Assembly (NCBI RefSeq): GCF_018977255.1
Contig: NW_024704742.1
Coordinates: 31,746,001-31,810,000 of the forward strand
Length of the DNA stretch: 64,000 bases
Direction of reading: 5' to 3'
From: Callorhinchus milii
Lineage: Eukaryota
Below the pieces are notes generated by a model that worked only from the letters and a program-made list of their open reading frames with translations, made no database searches and was not told the origin of the DNA. The translations under genes were made by a program, and so were the position numbers. This document shows, one piece after another, positions 1 to 41,684 of the stretch. The first letter of the stretch is position 1. Every line of letters starts with the position of its first letter.

Positions 1-451
1 GTCTGCCTGTTCAGATGGACGTTAAGGATCCCATGGCACTATTCAAAAAGAGAAGAGTTCAGTCCCAATTGTTAGTTCTTTTCAGTATTGGGGGTTGCGG
101 TGATCACCAAGTTTTGCTTCAAAACTCTTGCTGCACGACCAAACTGAGAAAGGCAAACGACACTCCAGTCTGAACTCTGAATCCATAGCTTGTGATTCCC
201 CCCCGCACAGGAAAATTTTGGAAAGGCTGAATTGACTCTTTTGTTGGAGCTTTTTATCAATGCATTCTGTACAATGGAAGCTTTATTTTCGGCATGTGAC
301 ATTAAGTAGTAGAGATGTTGCAGTGCATTGCCAGCCCAGCCTCTGGTCTAGATGTGTTTGACACAATAGCTAAAGGGGTTGGCTGAGATACTGCCTTTCT
401 CAGTCAGGACTACAGCAATTTACACATTTCACACTGGGAGAACATCTTAAA

Positions 452-823
452 TAATAATATTAATCCTTGCATTTAATATCGCTCCTTATCACGTCTTCGA
501 GACATCTCAAAGCGTTTCACAGAATATACTGGAAAGTTAATTGATCATTTTGTGGACGAACGCAGCAGCCAATTGCACACAGCAGTGTCCACAAACAGTC
601 ATGGATTGAAGTGACCATACTATTATTTTAAAAACTTTTTTTTGAAGGGTTTATTAACCCCAGAGAGCATTCTGCCAATCAAATAACAACAAGGTTCCTA
701 CTTGCTGCTAGGTAAACAGGCATGTGGAGTAAAGAAACTTACCTAAGGTATTGCCCTGCCCAGAATTAAACCTGGATCCTCTACCTTGTGAAGCGAGTGC
801 TATAACCAATACACTACTGGACT
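452..823 (-). mobile_element. tRNA-derived SINE, family B (older, long form), full length
   Basis: (ATT)n tail and L2-type 3' stem at left; tRNA-like head at right (reverse of GAGTCCAGTAG...TGGTTATAGCACTCGC); homologous to 33085, 45195, 48292 copies. Confidence 0.85.
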
Positions 824-1081
824 CAAAAAATCAGCTTGATGCTATAATGGGAGTTACAGTAGAGTATCTCCACTCGATTGGCTCTGGCCTCTTACTCTGC
901 CACTGCCAAGCGCTCTGAAACGTTACCCTGCTTGAGGGGCGCTATATAAATACAATTTGTTGCTGTTGACGGTGGAGTGGGTGATCTGGAAGGATGAGAT
1001 CAAATGGGACAAAGGGCCTTCTTCATCTGAAGCTGTCTTGTGGTCATGAGATATCTAAACACTGTCTTTTGCATCTTGCAG

Positions 1082-28483
<27,402 letters not shown>

Positions 28484-29720
28484 ATGGGCCAGCGAAACAG
28501 CACACAACAGTTCTTTAATTAATAGCAGGGGACCACACAGCAAGGGTTCCAGCAACATTAGTAGTGTTTGTCAGGAACCTGCTCTCTTTCTTAAGCTGCA
28601 AACTTTTCTGCACGAATCTTTATGAGCTTCAGTATGTATTGGGATGTGTGGAGGTGCTGTTTTTTTTAATGGTTTCTGTTTTTCTTTGACACGGTTTTAA
28701 TTTTGTATTCCCTTGTTTTAATCGTTGGTTTCCCCAACCCCAGATGAGCAGAGAACAGCTTAACATTTCAGTGGGTATTTGACGTAGTAAATTTCCAATC
28801 TCAACAATTTAATAATTAGGGGGCTTGCCGTCTAACATTACTTATTTTTTTTAATATTTAATTACTGGGGGTTGTTTAGTTGTCTATTAACTTTAAATTT
28901 TGTTTAGCTGTTGACATTGGGTCTAACAGATTTCAGATTCCGTTAATATTTGGTGTTTTATTTTACCTTTAGTTCTTTTATATTTGATATTATTTCTGGG
29001 ATGGTGGGAGGGAGAGAGGGAATAAAGAGGAGGCCCACTTTATGCAGTCCATGTGCAAGTGATTACAGCAAGCTTTAAAGGGAGCAATGGAAACGTGACT
29101 TTGTACAGATTTTGTGCTGTTCATGAACACCTGGGAATCCAGCTGTTGGATAGTTGTGTTGTTCTGCTGCTATAGAACTATCCTGTCATCATCACTTTAA
29201 ATCAAACCAAAACAACACGCTTATTCTATAGCGGTTATCATGTCCCACAGGTGGTGTCACTTTGCTTTCTGACTTGGCTGTGTGTGTGTGATAGTATTGA
29301 AATTCACAAACAGTTTAACCTTTTAATTGCTGAGCCCTCCAGTAAACCCAGTGAATATTGATTAAATGGAATTTGGAGGCATGTGCCGTTTTTAATGTAA
29401 AACAACTGCCCTGTGAATGCTAATCCTAACTATGAAATGTTGGATTATGTGTGTAGTGAAATCGGCTGGTGTATTTGTAGCATGACTGGTAATATTCGTA
29501 ACTTTCAGTCTTAACAAGGTTATAACAGTTTTTGTATGCAGCATATTGCAGGTCTAAACATAAAACACATTCAACATCTGTGCTTGTGGAAGGAAGGTAC
29601 TATTGCATTATATTCCAAGCCATTTTGTTGTTTTTTCACATATTGATACTTATCCTCAGTGCTAGGATCTGCCTTTATGTTTCTAAATGAATCAATAAAG
29701 TCTCATTAATGGTCTCATTT
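28484..29720 (+). other. Probable PAPSS1 3' UTR
   Basis: T-rich, repeat-free stretch after the stop codon; AATAAA at 29021-29026 and 29694-29699. The true end is not determinable. Confidence 0.55.
29694..29699 (+). terminator. Candidate polyadenylation signal AATAAA of PAPSS1
   Basis: Canonical hexamer followed by T-rich downstream sequence, ~1.2 kb after the stop. Confidence 0.5.
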
Positions 29721-30504
29721 TTCCTTATTAGTTAAGATTCTACAATGTTCCTTCAAAGTTAATTCAGTAAAAGTACATGGTGTCTACAAAGTCCTGTTAC
29801 CCCCATTTTTTTCGCCACCGTGCACTGACCAACATCTGAAACATGTGGAAGAATGATGATAAATGTATTTAAAAAAACTTAATTATATTCAATACAAATG
29901 TTTAACTGTATTTAAACATCCAGAAGATCGGTGTGAGCGCTCTCATTCCGTTGCCATGTTCGGTAACATAATTGAGTGACATGGGGAAATCCATCTCTTG
30001 ACAACTTGTTTCAGTTTCTCTGAACTTCTATCGTTGTTTGTGACAGTGGGTAAGAAGACTTTGTGGACGCACTATACATAGAATTTTTTTTGTTTCTGAA
30101 GATGCACACAATCTACTGGGCACTTCTGTAATTTCTTCGCTTTAAATTTGCTTTGCAAATTGAGAGGAGTTGTAGGGTTGGAAACAATCCAAGAGGTTAA
30201 TTTACTTGGTCTTGGAAAGACTCAAAGAATTAAAAGTTGATTAATTTTGTCGGTCTTCGTAAAGAATGTGGATTGTCCAAAAATTGGCCCTTTTGGAGTT
30301 GGCTGACCAAGATGTATGATGATCGTGTTACAGAATAAATTCTTACCCTTTTTGTTCATCATCCAATGGAGGATGTTTTTGGCCAGTGGGTGTCTGATGC
30401 ATATCTATGCAACTTACACATGGAAATTTCCCTGTGTTTCGAATGCTCCATGTCCCCCGCCCTGGCTGCCCTAGCATCGGCGGCTGGCCTTCAGCCTTTC
30501 TACC

Positions 30505-31096
30505 CCTACCCTGAAGGTGAGGACCAGGATCTTGAACTATTCTCTATGTGATGGGAAGCCAGTGGAGTCGGGCGAGGATGGGGGTTTAGGTTGCAGAGCC
30601 TGATGCAGGAGAGGGGACAGGCTGCAGCGTTCTGGATGATTTGCAGCCTATGGAGGGAGGAGTTGGGAATGCCGACAAGCAGGGAGTTTGTGTAGTCGAG
30701 CCTGGATGTAACGAACACATGTATGAGGGTTTCGGCGGCCTGTGGTGTGAGACAGTGGCTGAGAAGGGCGATGTTGCGGAGGTGGGGGAAGGCACAGCGG
30801 GTCATGGCACAGATGTGAGGTAGAAAGTATAGTTGAGCGTCAAACAAGACCCCAAGGTGCCAGACTGGCTTAGTAAGGTGGAGTGTGCAACTGTGGATAG
30901 TGATGCTGTCAGCGCCTGAGGTGAGGAGGTGCTGACGGGAGCCAATCAGGAGGGCCTCGTTCTTTTTCACGTTCAACTGAAGAAAGTTAGCTCTCATCCA
31001 GGACTTGATGTCTGACAGACATTCTGTCAAGACAGCAGTGATCCTGGAGTCAAAGGTGGAGGCAGAGAGGTAGAGTTGGGTGTCATCCGCCTACAT
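30505..31096 (-). mobile_element. L2-clade LINE reverse-transcriptase fragment (pseudogenised)
   Basis: *ADDTQLY (YADD mutated to stop) then CLSDIKSWMRANFLQLN..., LGVLFD, LIHVFVTSRLDYTNSLL, LQIIQNAAA. Confidence 0.9.
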
Positions 31097-32029
31097 CCGC
31101 TTCTTGATAAATACGAAACACCTCATTGAAAGCTTCCATCAAGTAGCACAGCTTCAGTTTAAACAAGGGTTAATTCATGTTCTACCATTGAGCAAGGACA
31201 GCCTGTCATTAGATGCTAGAGAAGCTGAGTTAGCACCCTCCACTAACCCCCCCCCCCCCCCCACACGCACACACACCACTACAGGCTCAATATTCTGCGT
31301 AGTCTTGGCCTGTAATTCCATTCTGTCTTAAAATTAAATTCATAATTTGAAAGCCAATTTTACACAGTTGTTACAGTTTCCAAATTATGTATTTTCCATG
31401 ATTCTGCAATTGTAAACTTTACAAGGGAATTGTCCAACAGGCTAAGACTAGGTGAAATTTCAGGCCTTTTGTTTTATTGACCATGGCAATGGAATCCCAA
31501 CCCACTCTTCAGCAAAGCCAATAGAACTGGATTACATTCCAGAAGGCACATGGGCGATGGAAATGTGGAGCTCGGAAACTCAAAGGAATAGAGTTAGGGT
31601 TGGGGGGTGCTAAGAGACGTAATCACAGGACGACAGGAAAAGATGAAGCTTTGGACCCAAGTATTAAATGGAATGGGAGTAATAAAAATTTAATTCACAC
31701 AAGATGGTATCGATGTATGATCATGTGTTACAAGACAGGCGTGGACACCTGCAAAAGTTGATGTATACTTGATTGAAAAGCATAGACCAAAAATAGTTCT
31801 AGCTGATGCCAGGATGATTGGAATCTTATCTTTTTTTGATTGAGAAATGGTGTACCTAAGAACAGCAAATAGTCTGCCTCTTTAAATTATGCATTCCATT
31901 CCACATCTATCATAGCAGTGACTGTTTGAGTTGCAAATACCATATGTCTAAGAGTAGAATCAGAGGATAAAAATCAGTATTATTTAATTAAAGTGCCTTT
32001 GCTTGGAGAGACTTCTGCACATAATGATC

Positions 32030-33060
32030 CCTCCAAGTTATCGTCCTCATCTCAACCCTGACTCTCCTCTCCATGGTGCTGGAATCTGTTGCTACCTCCC
32101 AGCTATGCTCCAAGCTTTCCCATTTCTCCTCATTTAAATCCATCTCATCTGGTTTCCATCCCATCTCACAACACCAAGACATTCCTGATCAAAATCACCA
32201 GTGAACCCTATGGCCAGGGTTCCCCGTGCCTCTCCATCCTCCTGAATCTCTCTGTAGCCTTGATACTATTGGCCATCTTTCCTTCCTGGTACATCTGTGC
32301 AGCTTCACATTTTCTTTGGTTCCACTTCTACCTATCCCACATCTTCACTATGTCTCCTCTAATGGCTTCTCTTCATGCCATGGCACAGTCATTTGCAACG
32401 TTCATCAGGGTTCTTTATCCTTGATTCTCCTCTCATCCTCATCTACATGCCTCTCCTTGGCTGATGGCATCTGCAGACATGGAGTCCTTTCCCATGTATG
32501 TGGATGACACTTATGACTCCAGGACCACTCCTGACAGACTGTCTTAATTTCCTACAGCTGAATATTGACAAAAATAAAGCTATCCTGTCTGGTTCCTTAC
32601 AACCCCTCCTAATCCCTGGTTCCAACCTTATCAAATTCTGTTCCAATCTCACCCCAGCTCACACAGTGCCAGTGTACAACCTCAAAGGTTTTGTTTGACC
32701 TCAGCATTCCTTTAAACCTTTCATCGGCACTTGACCAAGTCCACTTTCTTCCATTTGTGCTGCACAATCTACCTTCATCTGTTCTGCACCCTATCACAAC
32801 TGAACCCCTCCTCACTGGCATTCAGAGTTCAACCCTCAATGAGCTCCAGATCAGAATTTGATTGCCCGTACCCTTTCCCATATCATGCTCGACACACCCA
32901 TCACCCTCATCAGGCTCCACTCACTCCCTATTCCCTAGTGGATTGATTTCTAAGATACTCATTTAATTTTCAAATTCTCTGCACCCTTGTCCACTCTACA
33001 TCTGTGATCTTCTGTGGCCCTATTCCCCTACCCATTTTCAGCTCTGCCAAATCAAGCCTA
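32030..33060 (+). mobile_element. Highly decayed L2 LINE fragment
   Basis: Pyrimidine-rich; remnants of QGS, YVDDT and NFLQLNIDK motifs in broken frames. Confidence 0.65.
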
Positions 33061-33084
33061 TTCTATGTATACTATTCCATTTAT

Positions 33085-33452
33085 GGAGTCTTTATGTATT
33101 GGTTAGAGCACTCGCCTCACAAGTGAGAGGACCTTGGTTCGATTCCTGGGCAGGGTGAAACCTTAGATAAATTTATTTACTCCACCTGCCTCTGTTAACC
33201 TAGCAGCGAGTAGGAACCTGGTTGTTAGTTGATTGGCAGATCGCTTTTCCAGGGATAATAATCCCTCCAAAAAAATTATAATAATTTGGTCATTCAATCC
33301 ATGACTGTTTGTGGGACACTGTTGTGTGCAATTGGCTTCTGTGTTTTGCCCACAAAACATAGTTAATTCACTTCACAATATATTGTGTGAAGCACTTTTG
33401 AGACTTCTCAAAGATGTGATAAGGCGCTATATCAATGCAAGGATTATTATTA
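33085..33452 (+). mobile_element. tRNA-derived SINE, family B (long form), full length
   Basis: Head GGAGTC...TGGTTAGAGCACTCGCCTCACAAGTGAG, GGTTCGATTCC, body and (ATT)n tail. Confidence 0.85.
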
Positions 33453-33739
33453 TGTATCTCACCCCTCCAATGTAAGTAAACCTTCAGCCACTTTGCTCTT
33501 ACTCTCTCAAACTCTCCCTACATCCGCAATCTTCCTCTCCATCTCTGGTAGTTCTTTAAGATAGTTTCCTGCGTGAAAGATGCCATATAAATGTTGTCGC
33601 TTAATACAACTGGTCAAAGCAATTTTATGCTATGCTATTGACTCGATGTGCTATTGTTTAATATTAGGGAGGTTGAAATTCTGGCTGCGTAGAATATAAA
33701 TAAAAATGACATTTGATATGGCAAGTGACCGGGTATTTT

Positions 33740-34065
33740 GCAGGTAAATGTATCAATCAATTTTCACACAGCAATGTCCCACAACCAGAAGTGAATGATT
33801 CAATTCAATCTGGGGGATTGTTGGCCAGGACACCTGGAGAAACTGCCTTCTCTACTAAAGTAGAGTTGTGGGATCTTTAACATCCAATAGACAGGTCACC
33901 AGTTTAATGTCTTATCCAAAGGGCAGCACTTCTGACTATTTAGCATTCCCCAGCAGTGCACTGAAGTATTGAGGAAGACCATGAGCTCGAAGTCCTGATG
34001 TGAGGCTTGAACCCACAACTTTTTGATTCGGAGGCAAGAGTCTACTGATTCAGCCAGGTTAGCAT
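33740..34065 (-). mobile_element. DeuSINE-like element (family A)
   Basis: Reverse Deu core and head. Confidence 0.7.
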
Positions 34066-36907
34066 CTTCCCTTTTCATGCAGAAATATTGCACTTCTCCT
34101 TGAGCAAGCAGGTTGAAGCTAAAGTTGCTATTTCATTTGTGAGCACAACACAATGGAAGCCTTGTTACCAGCTTTGTGCTCAGAAAGCTCCTTGTATCAA
34201 ATGGACCTGTGGCATTGGCCAAGTAAGTTCACTGTTAGACTTAATGGCAGTGAAACTGAGTAGCAAGGTCATAATAATCCTGATTGAAGCTTGTATCGTG
34301 TACATCAGAAGTGATTGTAACTTTGCAATAGTACATTTGCAATAGGTGACCCTGCTGGATACTGTAGTAGAAGGATAGTAGCATGTGGAAGAATGCGTCA
34401 AAGAGCTTTCTTCACCCAATTCACTCTTGTGATCTGATTATTTGATGGCAGTCAGATGTTACTGTTCTTTTCGCAATATCTTTTCTCTTCAAAACCAAAT
34501 ATCCTGTGAAGCAATTTGAGACCTCCTTCCGACGTGAACGGTGCTGTACCAAATGTAAGGATTATTAGTCTTGCCATTAATCACATTATATATTATCCAA
34601 GAAGCATGTGCTTTGTTTATAGCCACTGATTGTTACTTTCAGGGGGATATTGTGGTGACTCTATCTCAACAACCAAGCAATTCACTTCTATGATCGTTTT
34701 TTCACAGTCAAATAGTTACTTAGAAAGTCCACAATGTTAGATCCTCAAAATGACATGTATGCCTTATATATCTTGATGATATAATGGTAAAAAGATAGGA
34801 TGGGTATTCTGGAAGGATAAGATCAGATGGGCTGAAGGGTCCTCTTTGTTCTAACCAATCTTGTGATTTTGTAAAAAGGCAGAGTTATTGATTCTATACC
34901 TTTATATTATCCATGATTATATTTTTATTTGAACCTTCAATTGACTTAAAATTGTAAAAATATAATTGCTTTAATATGTATTAGTACAAATACATGTAGC
35001 AGATTCGCTCCCAATTTGAAGCACTTTGAGACATCTTCCTGACATTATATCAAACGCAAGGATTATTATTTTACATTGGTCCGGAGTTCATGTTTATTTG
35101 GGTCACGTACCTTTCATTCCCAGAAGGAGACATTAAATTTCATGACTAATATTCCTTATTAAGGAATTCCATTTGGAAATACTACAAGTTTCCAAGTTCT
35201 GACTGTCTAGGTTTGGTACTCAAGTCTACAAAGAATGTCACTTCAATTCAATGAAGCCCTTTTATCATCACTAAAATGAATGAGTACTTCATTGTGCAGC
35301 ATTGCAGCACACTTGGCCGTACATGGCGTTTGATTTTCAAGTATTTAACTACAAAATATTAGTAGTAACATTACTTAGAACTCCTACGCAAAATATGGAA
35401 GTATTTAACTTGCATTAATGCAGATCACAGTGCTGTGAGAGTTACTTTTTGCTTCTAAACAGCTGGTGAATTGACCACTATGAACAGGCCAACACCAGGC
35501 CAGTGGTGCTGTTGTCATTGACAGATCGGGCTGTTTGGATGTGATGCTCTGGCATCATTTGATAACTCTTTGGTTTCAGACTTCATTAAAAGTTCCCGCT
35601 GTACCTATCTGTAATTTCACCATCTGTTTCCCATTTGACTCCAGAGAGCTCTTTATGTCCAAAATAAAAGAAATGCAGATTTCTGATAGGAATAAAATGA
35701 GATCCTTCAGATAATTAAAGAGAATAGGAAAAAATGTAATGGTCAACATGGATAATAAGCAGCAACGATGAAGAAAAAGAGCGATTATCTTTAAATCTAA
35801 GCCAGCAGTGTCTTATAAAATAAGCATTAAATAAATAATTACATCCTGTTATGAGAGATGCAATCCAAATCCAAACTAAATCAAAACCACGTCTGGAACG
35901 ATAGTATTCACTGACTCATTTATACATTCTGTTTAATAGGAAATGAACACTGGAAAATAATTGCATTAAATCCCCATGCATATCATACGGAGGATAACAT
36001 TCTCTTTCATGCTCACTGTGGGAGCGGAAAAACTTGCAGATGTTTTAAGCTGAATATCAATGAGATGTACCTGCTTGAATAATTTACATTGAGAAGAATC
36101 AGACCTACATTGATTGTTCTGAAGAAACCGCCACTAGAATATATGAATCCCGGTGCATGATAATCGGATAAGATGATAAACCGAAGTCTTGTTTGCCTGT
36201 TCAGGTAGACATTAATCATTCTAAAAAGAGAAGGGAGTTTCTCCTAGCCAACAATCCCCAGATAAAATTAGTCACTCGCCCAGAATCTATGTCAGCAGAG
36301 GATCTCCCTAATAGTGGAAGCACAAACCATTGGGGTGAAATTCAACCTGAGTCTAGATTTCCTCATTAACGTAGCATTTTAGACCATCCAGAATTTACTA
36401 AACCATTGGATTCAGTCTTAACTTTGAAGCCAATTTTCTGTACATCTGAACAGAACTTACAGAAAGCCGACTTCATAATTAAAACTGTATTTAAGAATTT
36501 GCCTAATTCTCTACATTCTGAATTGCTACATAAATAGAGTACAAGTAGATACAGGTAAAATATTTAGCCCCGACCCGAGGCACTCCCCCTGAAAATGCTC
36601 CTCCTCCTACCCCCCTCTTTCTGCTCCCCCTCCTTCCCCATCTTCAGGTCGCGCCTGAAGAACTTTTAGACCACGCCTACTGTCACCTCTCCTCTACTGG
36701 CTCGGCTTCGGGCTCCGCCATTGTTAAGCTCTTTGAGACGCCGCCCGAAGTCGAGGGCACTGTATAAATGGAAGTTGTTGTTGTTGTCTTCCAAATCAGG
36801 AGCTCGTGCAGGATTTTCACAGTATTGTGCAGTATCTCAAATAAAAATAAAACGCTTTTCACTCCAAGCTTGAAATGTCTTCAACTTTATTGTAGGCCCT
36901 CGCCTTA

Positions 36908-38632
36908 ATAGAAATATAGAAACAGGAGTAGGCCATTCAGCCCCACGACTCTGTTCTGCCATTCTATAAGATCATGGCTGATCTGTACCTTAAGTCTAAT
37001 TATATGCTCTTGCCCCATATCCCTTAATATTCTGACCTAACAAATAGCCATCCAGCTCAGTCTTGAAGATGTGAATGGATTCAGCATCCACAGCCTTTGG
37101 GATTAGAGAGTTCCAGATTTCCATTACCCTTTGGGTGAAAAACTACCTCCTGATTTCACTCCTAAATGGCCCAGCTCTAATTTTAAGATTATGCCTCCTT
37201 GTTCTGGATTCCCCACCAGACGAAATAGTTTCTCTGTATCTACCCTATCAAATCCCCTTATTGTTTTAAAAACTTCAATCAGATCATCCCTCAACCCTCT
37301 AAACTCAAGGGAATAGAGATCAAGTTTATGCAACCTGTCCTCATAATTTACCCTTTTAGCCCTGGTGTAATTCTGGTGAATCTGCGTTGAGGCCCTTCCA
37401 GAGCCAATATATCCTCCCTGAAGTATGGTACCCAAAACTGAACGCAGTACTCCAGATGGCGTCTGCCCAAGGCTCTATATAGTTGAAGCATAATTTCCTC
37501 TCCTTTATATTTCAGCCTCCTCGAGATAAAGACCAGCATCCCATTAGCCTTATTTTTTTCAACTTTTTGTACCTATGAGCTTGTTTTTAGGGATTTGCGT
37601 CCGTGAACACCCTTATCCCTTTGCTCCTCCACAGTTCTTAGTTTCTCAGCATTTAGAAAATATTCTGTTTTGCTATTCTTGGATCCATAGTGGATGACCT
37701 CATACTTCCCCACATTGAATTCCATCTGCCACAGTTTTGCCCACTCACTTAATCTATCCAAGTTCCTTTGTAACTTCCTGCTCCCATCTACACAATTTAC
37801 TGTGCCTCCTAACTTTGTGTCATCTGCAAATTTGGATGTAAAACTCACTATTCCTTCATCCAAGACATTTAATTATATATTCACTCTCGCCCCCTCTCAC
37901 TCGACTCCACTGGCTTCCTATCCTTCAGAGGATCCAGTTCAAGATCCTGGTCCTCACATACAAAGTCCTCCATGGCCTCGCCCCACCCTACCTCTGCGAC
38001 CTCCTAACCCCCTAACCCCCGCCTGTTCCCTCTACTCAGCCGACTCTGGCCTGCTTCATGTCCCCCGACCCACCCGCCCCACCATTGGTGAGATAGCCTT
38101 CAGCCACTCTGACCCCCAATCTCTGGAATTTCATCTCCCAGTCAATCCACCTCACCCCCTCCTTAGCCTCCTTCAAGTCCCGCCTCAAGACCCTCCTCTT
38201 CGACCATGCCATCGGCCACCCCCCTTCCCCTCCCTTACCCCCTGAACCCCAGCTTGGGTCTGAAATGCTGTACTCTGTCCAGCGCCTTGGGACATCCTCC
38301 TGACGTGAAAGGCACTATACAAATGTAATCTTGTTGTTTGTATGGAGAAAAGCTGAAGCCCCAGTACAGATCCCTGGTAAACACCACTTGTCCCGTACTG
38401 CCAATCAGACAATGTTCCTTTTATCCCTACTCTCTGTTTCCTGCTTCCCAACCAAGTACCAAGCCACGTCGCAAGGTTATCTCCGATTCCATGCGCTTTT
38501 ATTTTTGCTAATAACCTCTTGCGTGGAACCTTATCAAATGCCTTTTGAAAGGTCATTTTGACAAAATCCATTGACACTCTCTTATCTACCATTTTAGTGA
38601 CCTCAAAAAATTCAATTAGATTAACACACGCT
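36908..38632 (-). mobile_element. CR1 LINE 3' portion (RT and C-terminus), split by an L2 insertion
   Basis: KAFDKVP, GVYQGSVLG, SKFADDTKLGG, LEYCVQFW, RRFTR, DLIEVFK across frameshifted ORFs; CR1 3' end near 36910. Confidence 0.9.
37880..38339 (+). mobile_element. L2 LINE 3' end inserted into the CR1
   Basis: CTCCACTGGCTTCC...GTTCAAGATCCTGGTCCTC...GGGACATCCTCCTGACGTGAAAGGCACTATACAAATGTAATC(TTG)n. Confidence 0.85.
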
Positions 38633-38774
38633 TTAACATCCAGCAACTGGAATCCACCTTGATTGTCTTGCAGAAAGGCAAGCAGCTACTGTTTAAACTC
38701 CGTACCCCCATCTGGTGGAAGGGATGTGTGCCCGAACTGCAGACAGGAAGATGGTTCTCACGCATTTCATGCGT

Positions 38775-39200
38775 GAGCATTTCATCGAGTTCAAGATCCT
38801 CATCCTCACCTTTAAGGCCATCCATGGCCTTGCCCCCTCCTACCTCTCTGACCTGCTGACTCCCTACCAACCTGCCCGCTCCCTCCGTTCAGCGGGCTCC
38901 AGTCTGCTCCATGTTACCCGCCCTACCATCAGTGGCCGGGCTTTCAGCCTCTCTGCCCCCACACTTTGGAACTCCATCCCACGGTCCCTTCGCCTCGCTT
39001 CCTCCCTTGCCTCCTTCAAGGCCTGTCTCAAGACCCTTCTCTTCGACCGTGCCTTTGGTCTCCCTCCCACTTCTCTGCCTTCCCTCACCCCTAAACCATG
39101 CCTCCCCCACGCTCGGGCCTCGACACCTGACTGTTCAGCACTTTGGGACGTCCTCCTGACGTGAAAGACGCTCTATAAATGTAATTTTGTTGTTGTTGTT
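38775..39200 (+). mobile_element. L2 LINE 3' end with open C-terminal ORF2 remnant
   Basis: IEFKILILTFKAIHGLAPSYLSDLL...GRAFSLSAPTLWNSIP...FKACLKTLLF; tail GGGACGTCCTCCTGACGTGAAAGACGCTCTATAAATGTAATTTT(GTT)n. Confidence 0.9.
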
Positions 39201-41684
39201 AAATGTCAGCAGTACCCTACGTATATTCTGGGGTCCTGAAACCTTGGCTCTGGAATTAGGTAAGCAGGATGCGTCCCTACAGAGAGAGAGTGAGCATTCC
39301 ATTCCACCAATCTGTCTCTGGAATTTCCATGTCTAGGTGGGATGCGTGGAATTCTCAATTTGGTTTAGTTACTCTTAAGCCTGGTGATGGGTTTCCACAT
39401 GTATCAGACACCCGGCTGACCAAAAATAATTCCTCTCTGAGCTGCTATCCTGCTATGTGTTCCCACATTGGTCTACGAGGTTACATGTTTTACATGGTCT
39501 GAAAACTCAGACTGCCCAATCAAAAGAGAGGGTTGGATAAAATAAGCCTTGCAGAATGCTAAACCAACCATTATTCCATTTCAGCTTCAAACTGATTCTT
39601 AGGTGAATTTAGTGCCTTGACATTAAATATCCTTTTTGGTAATCCATTCAGCTTGATTGCCCTCCATGTAATGAAATACTTCGCACTGTCTATCCAAAAA
39701 TTGCTCTCCACAAACCTGAACCTGTGCCGTCTTGTCCTTGTAACTTGTTTTTTTTGGTAGCTTGATACCTTGAAACTATTATTCTAGATTTATGTTCTCT
39801 ACCTCTTTCGGTATAATTTAGATCTCCATAAGGTCCCATCTGAGATGTTCCTTACATGGGTTAAACTCCCTAGTTGCAGTTGGAAGAAGCTCTTATTTAA
39901 AATATTCCCACCCACTTGCTGTCCATTTGCCTGAACCTAAACCCGAGAAGAGGCCCTTTTCTCTGCCTCTAGTTACACTGATGTGAATTTCTGTTTCTCA
40001 CGCATCATCCTTGTGAGCTCTGTGAGCAAGGCTGACAGTTTATGTCAAATTCTGTGCAGTTGCATGCTTTGCGCTTAAACTGGCTAGAAAGTGGATTGAG
40101 GCTGTCTAAAACTATTTGACTCGAGACACTTAAAGTTGGCAAGGAAACAAGACTTAATCCGTCCGTTTGGGCTAGATTCCAGATCTGGTCTCAGCAGTGA
40201 AAGGAGAGTGTTCTAACCAACTGTACCACCCAATCCCCATTGCAAAACCATTTCAACAGATGTATTTTTTTGTAATATTTTGTTTTCTTTTGGAATAAGA
40301 TGTTTCACTCCAGATTATTTGCTAACTTAATGAATAAGACTTGACAGACCAGGATTTCTTGGATTTCCAGTCTATTGCCTAGGGTGGCTTAAGAGAAAAG
40401 ATGCCATCATTGCTAATGACATGCAGATTGCTCAACAGCTTGTCCTAGGTTGAAACATCTTGTAAGAATAGACTCAGTTCAGCCTCCTTCTCCTCAACAA
40501 ACTTTCCAAGTGCAGCAATGAGCCAATATGAGTGGCGTACTTTCTATATTTTTTTGCCATTTTTTCTCTCTCTGTATGTATAGGCTTTTGCTGGAATTTA
40601 ATTACACAGGATGCTGCAATATCCCCTCCCTGACCCCTCAGTTCTCTCTGTCTCTCCCCCACTCTCTCTGTCTCTCTGTCTCTCTCTCTCTCTCTTGCTT
40701 GTTTTCCTGTATGTCTATTGACATATAACCCCAGAAATGAATACTGGCAGGTTATTCCATTGTAAAAGGTGTCACATCTGAACTCGATTGTATATCAACC
40801 TGAGGTTTGAGGATTCATAGAGTTATGGCAGTTGTCTTAAAAGTTAGGGAAATTGGAAAACTGGCTTCTAAGTTCATTTAAGAATATTCTACAATTCTGC
40901 ACAATCTTAAATTTCACGATCTTAAATTTAAAGTTAAATTGATGAGGATTATTGGGTCTCTGTCACCTGAAATTCCACTTGGTCTTAGTTAGTTTGTGAG
41001 ACCCTTTTGTGTTAACATTTAGGATTGAGCAGAACTTTGCAAAATTCTTAAACTCAGCCTTAATTTAGTTTGGTGCCAAATGAGATCACTGGAAAGTGAT
41101 CAGAAGAGCAAGCACTGGCTAATTCTATATTTCCTTCCTTAGACCAAGGGTGTGTTCACCATATGAGATCACCTAACTCAACACAGAACAATGACAAAGC
41201 TTGTGTGACTGAGCACTCAGCTTTGGATATGATCTGAGCTCAGCTGGTAGCAATCATTTTTTTGGGTCGAAAGGTGTCAGTTCAGGTCCGCGTTGGGTCT
41301 TTGAGCTCACAGTCTAAGTTGACTCTACAGTGTGATCCTGGGGGAGAACTTCATTGCTTGAAGTGAGATATTTAACTGTTCAAAAAGCAAAGGAAATATT
41401 TTCTCCCAGTGAACTGGCCAGCAATGCTTGAGATAAATGGGTCTGACACATGCCGAAACCTCTAGGAAAGCATCCTGGTTACCTAATTCTAGAGAGCATT
41501 AGATGCAGATTGGTAAGAATCGAAGCTTGGGGATCCCAGAGTGCAATAGTGGTATTGCTGGAGACTGCAATAATTAACCAGCTAAGACTGCATAATTAAC
41601 CTTTAAAACACTGTCTAACTATCTTCCTGCTGTTCGTTCAGCTAAGACCACCCTCTGCGATAGACTTTGGTTTACCAAAAATAA

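Noticed and set aside
37694..38245. 183-aa proline-rich ORF (also 15516-16044 ORFs)
   Set aside because: Antisense CR1 fused to off-frame L2 3' sequence; a repeat artefact.
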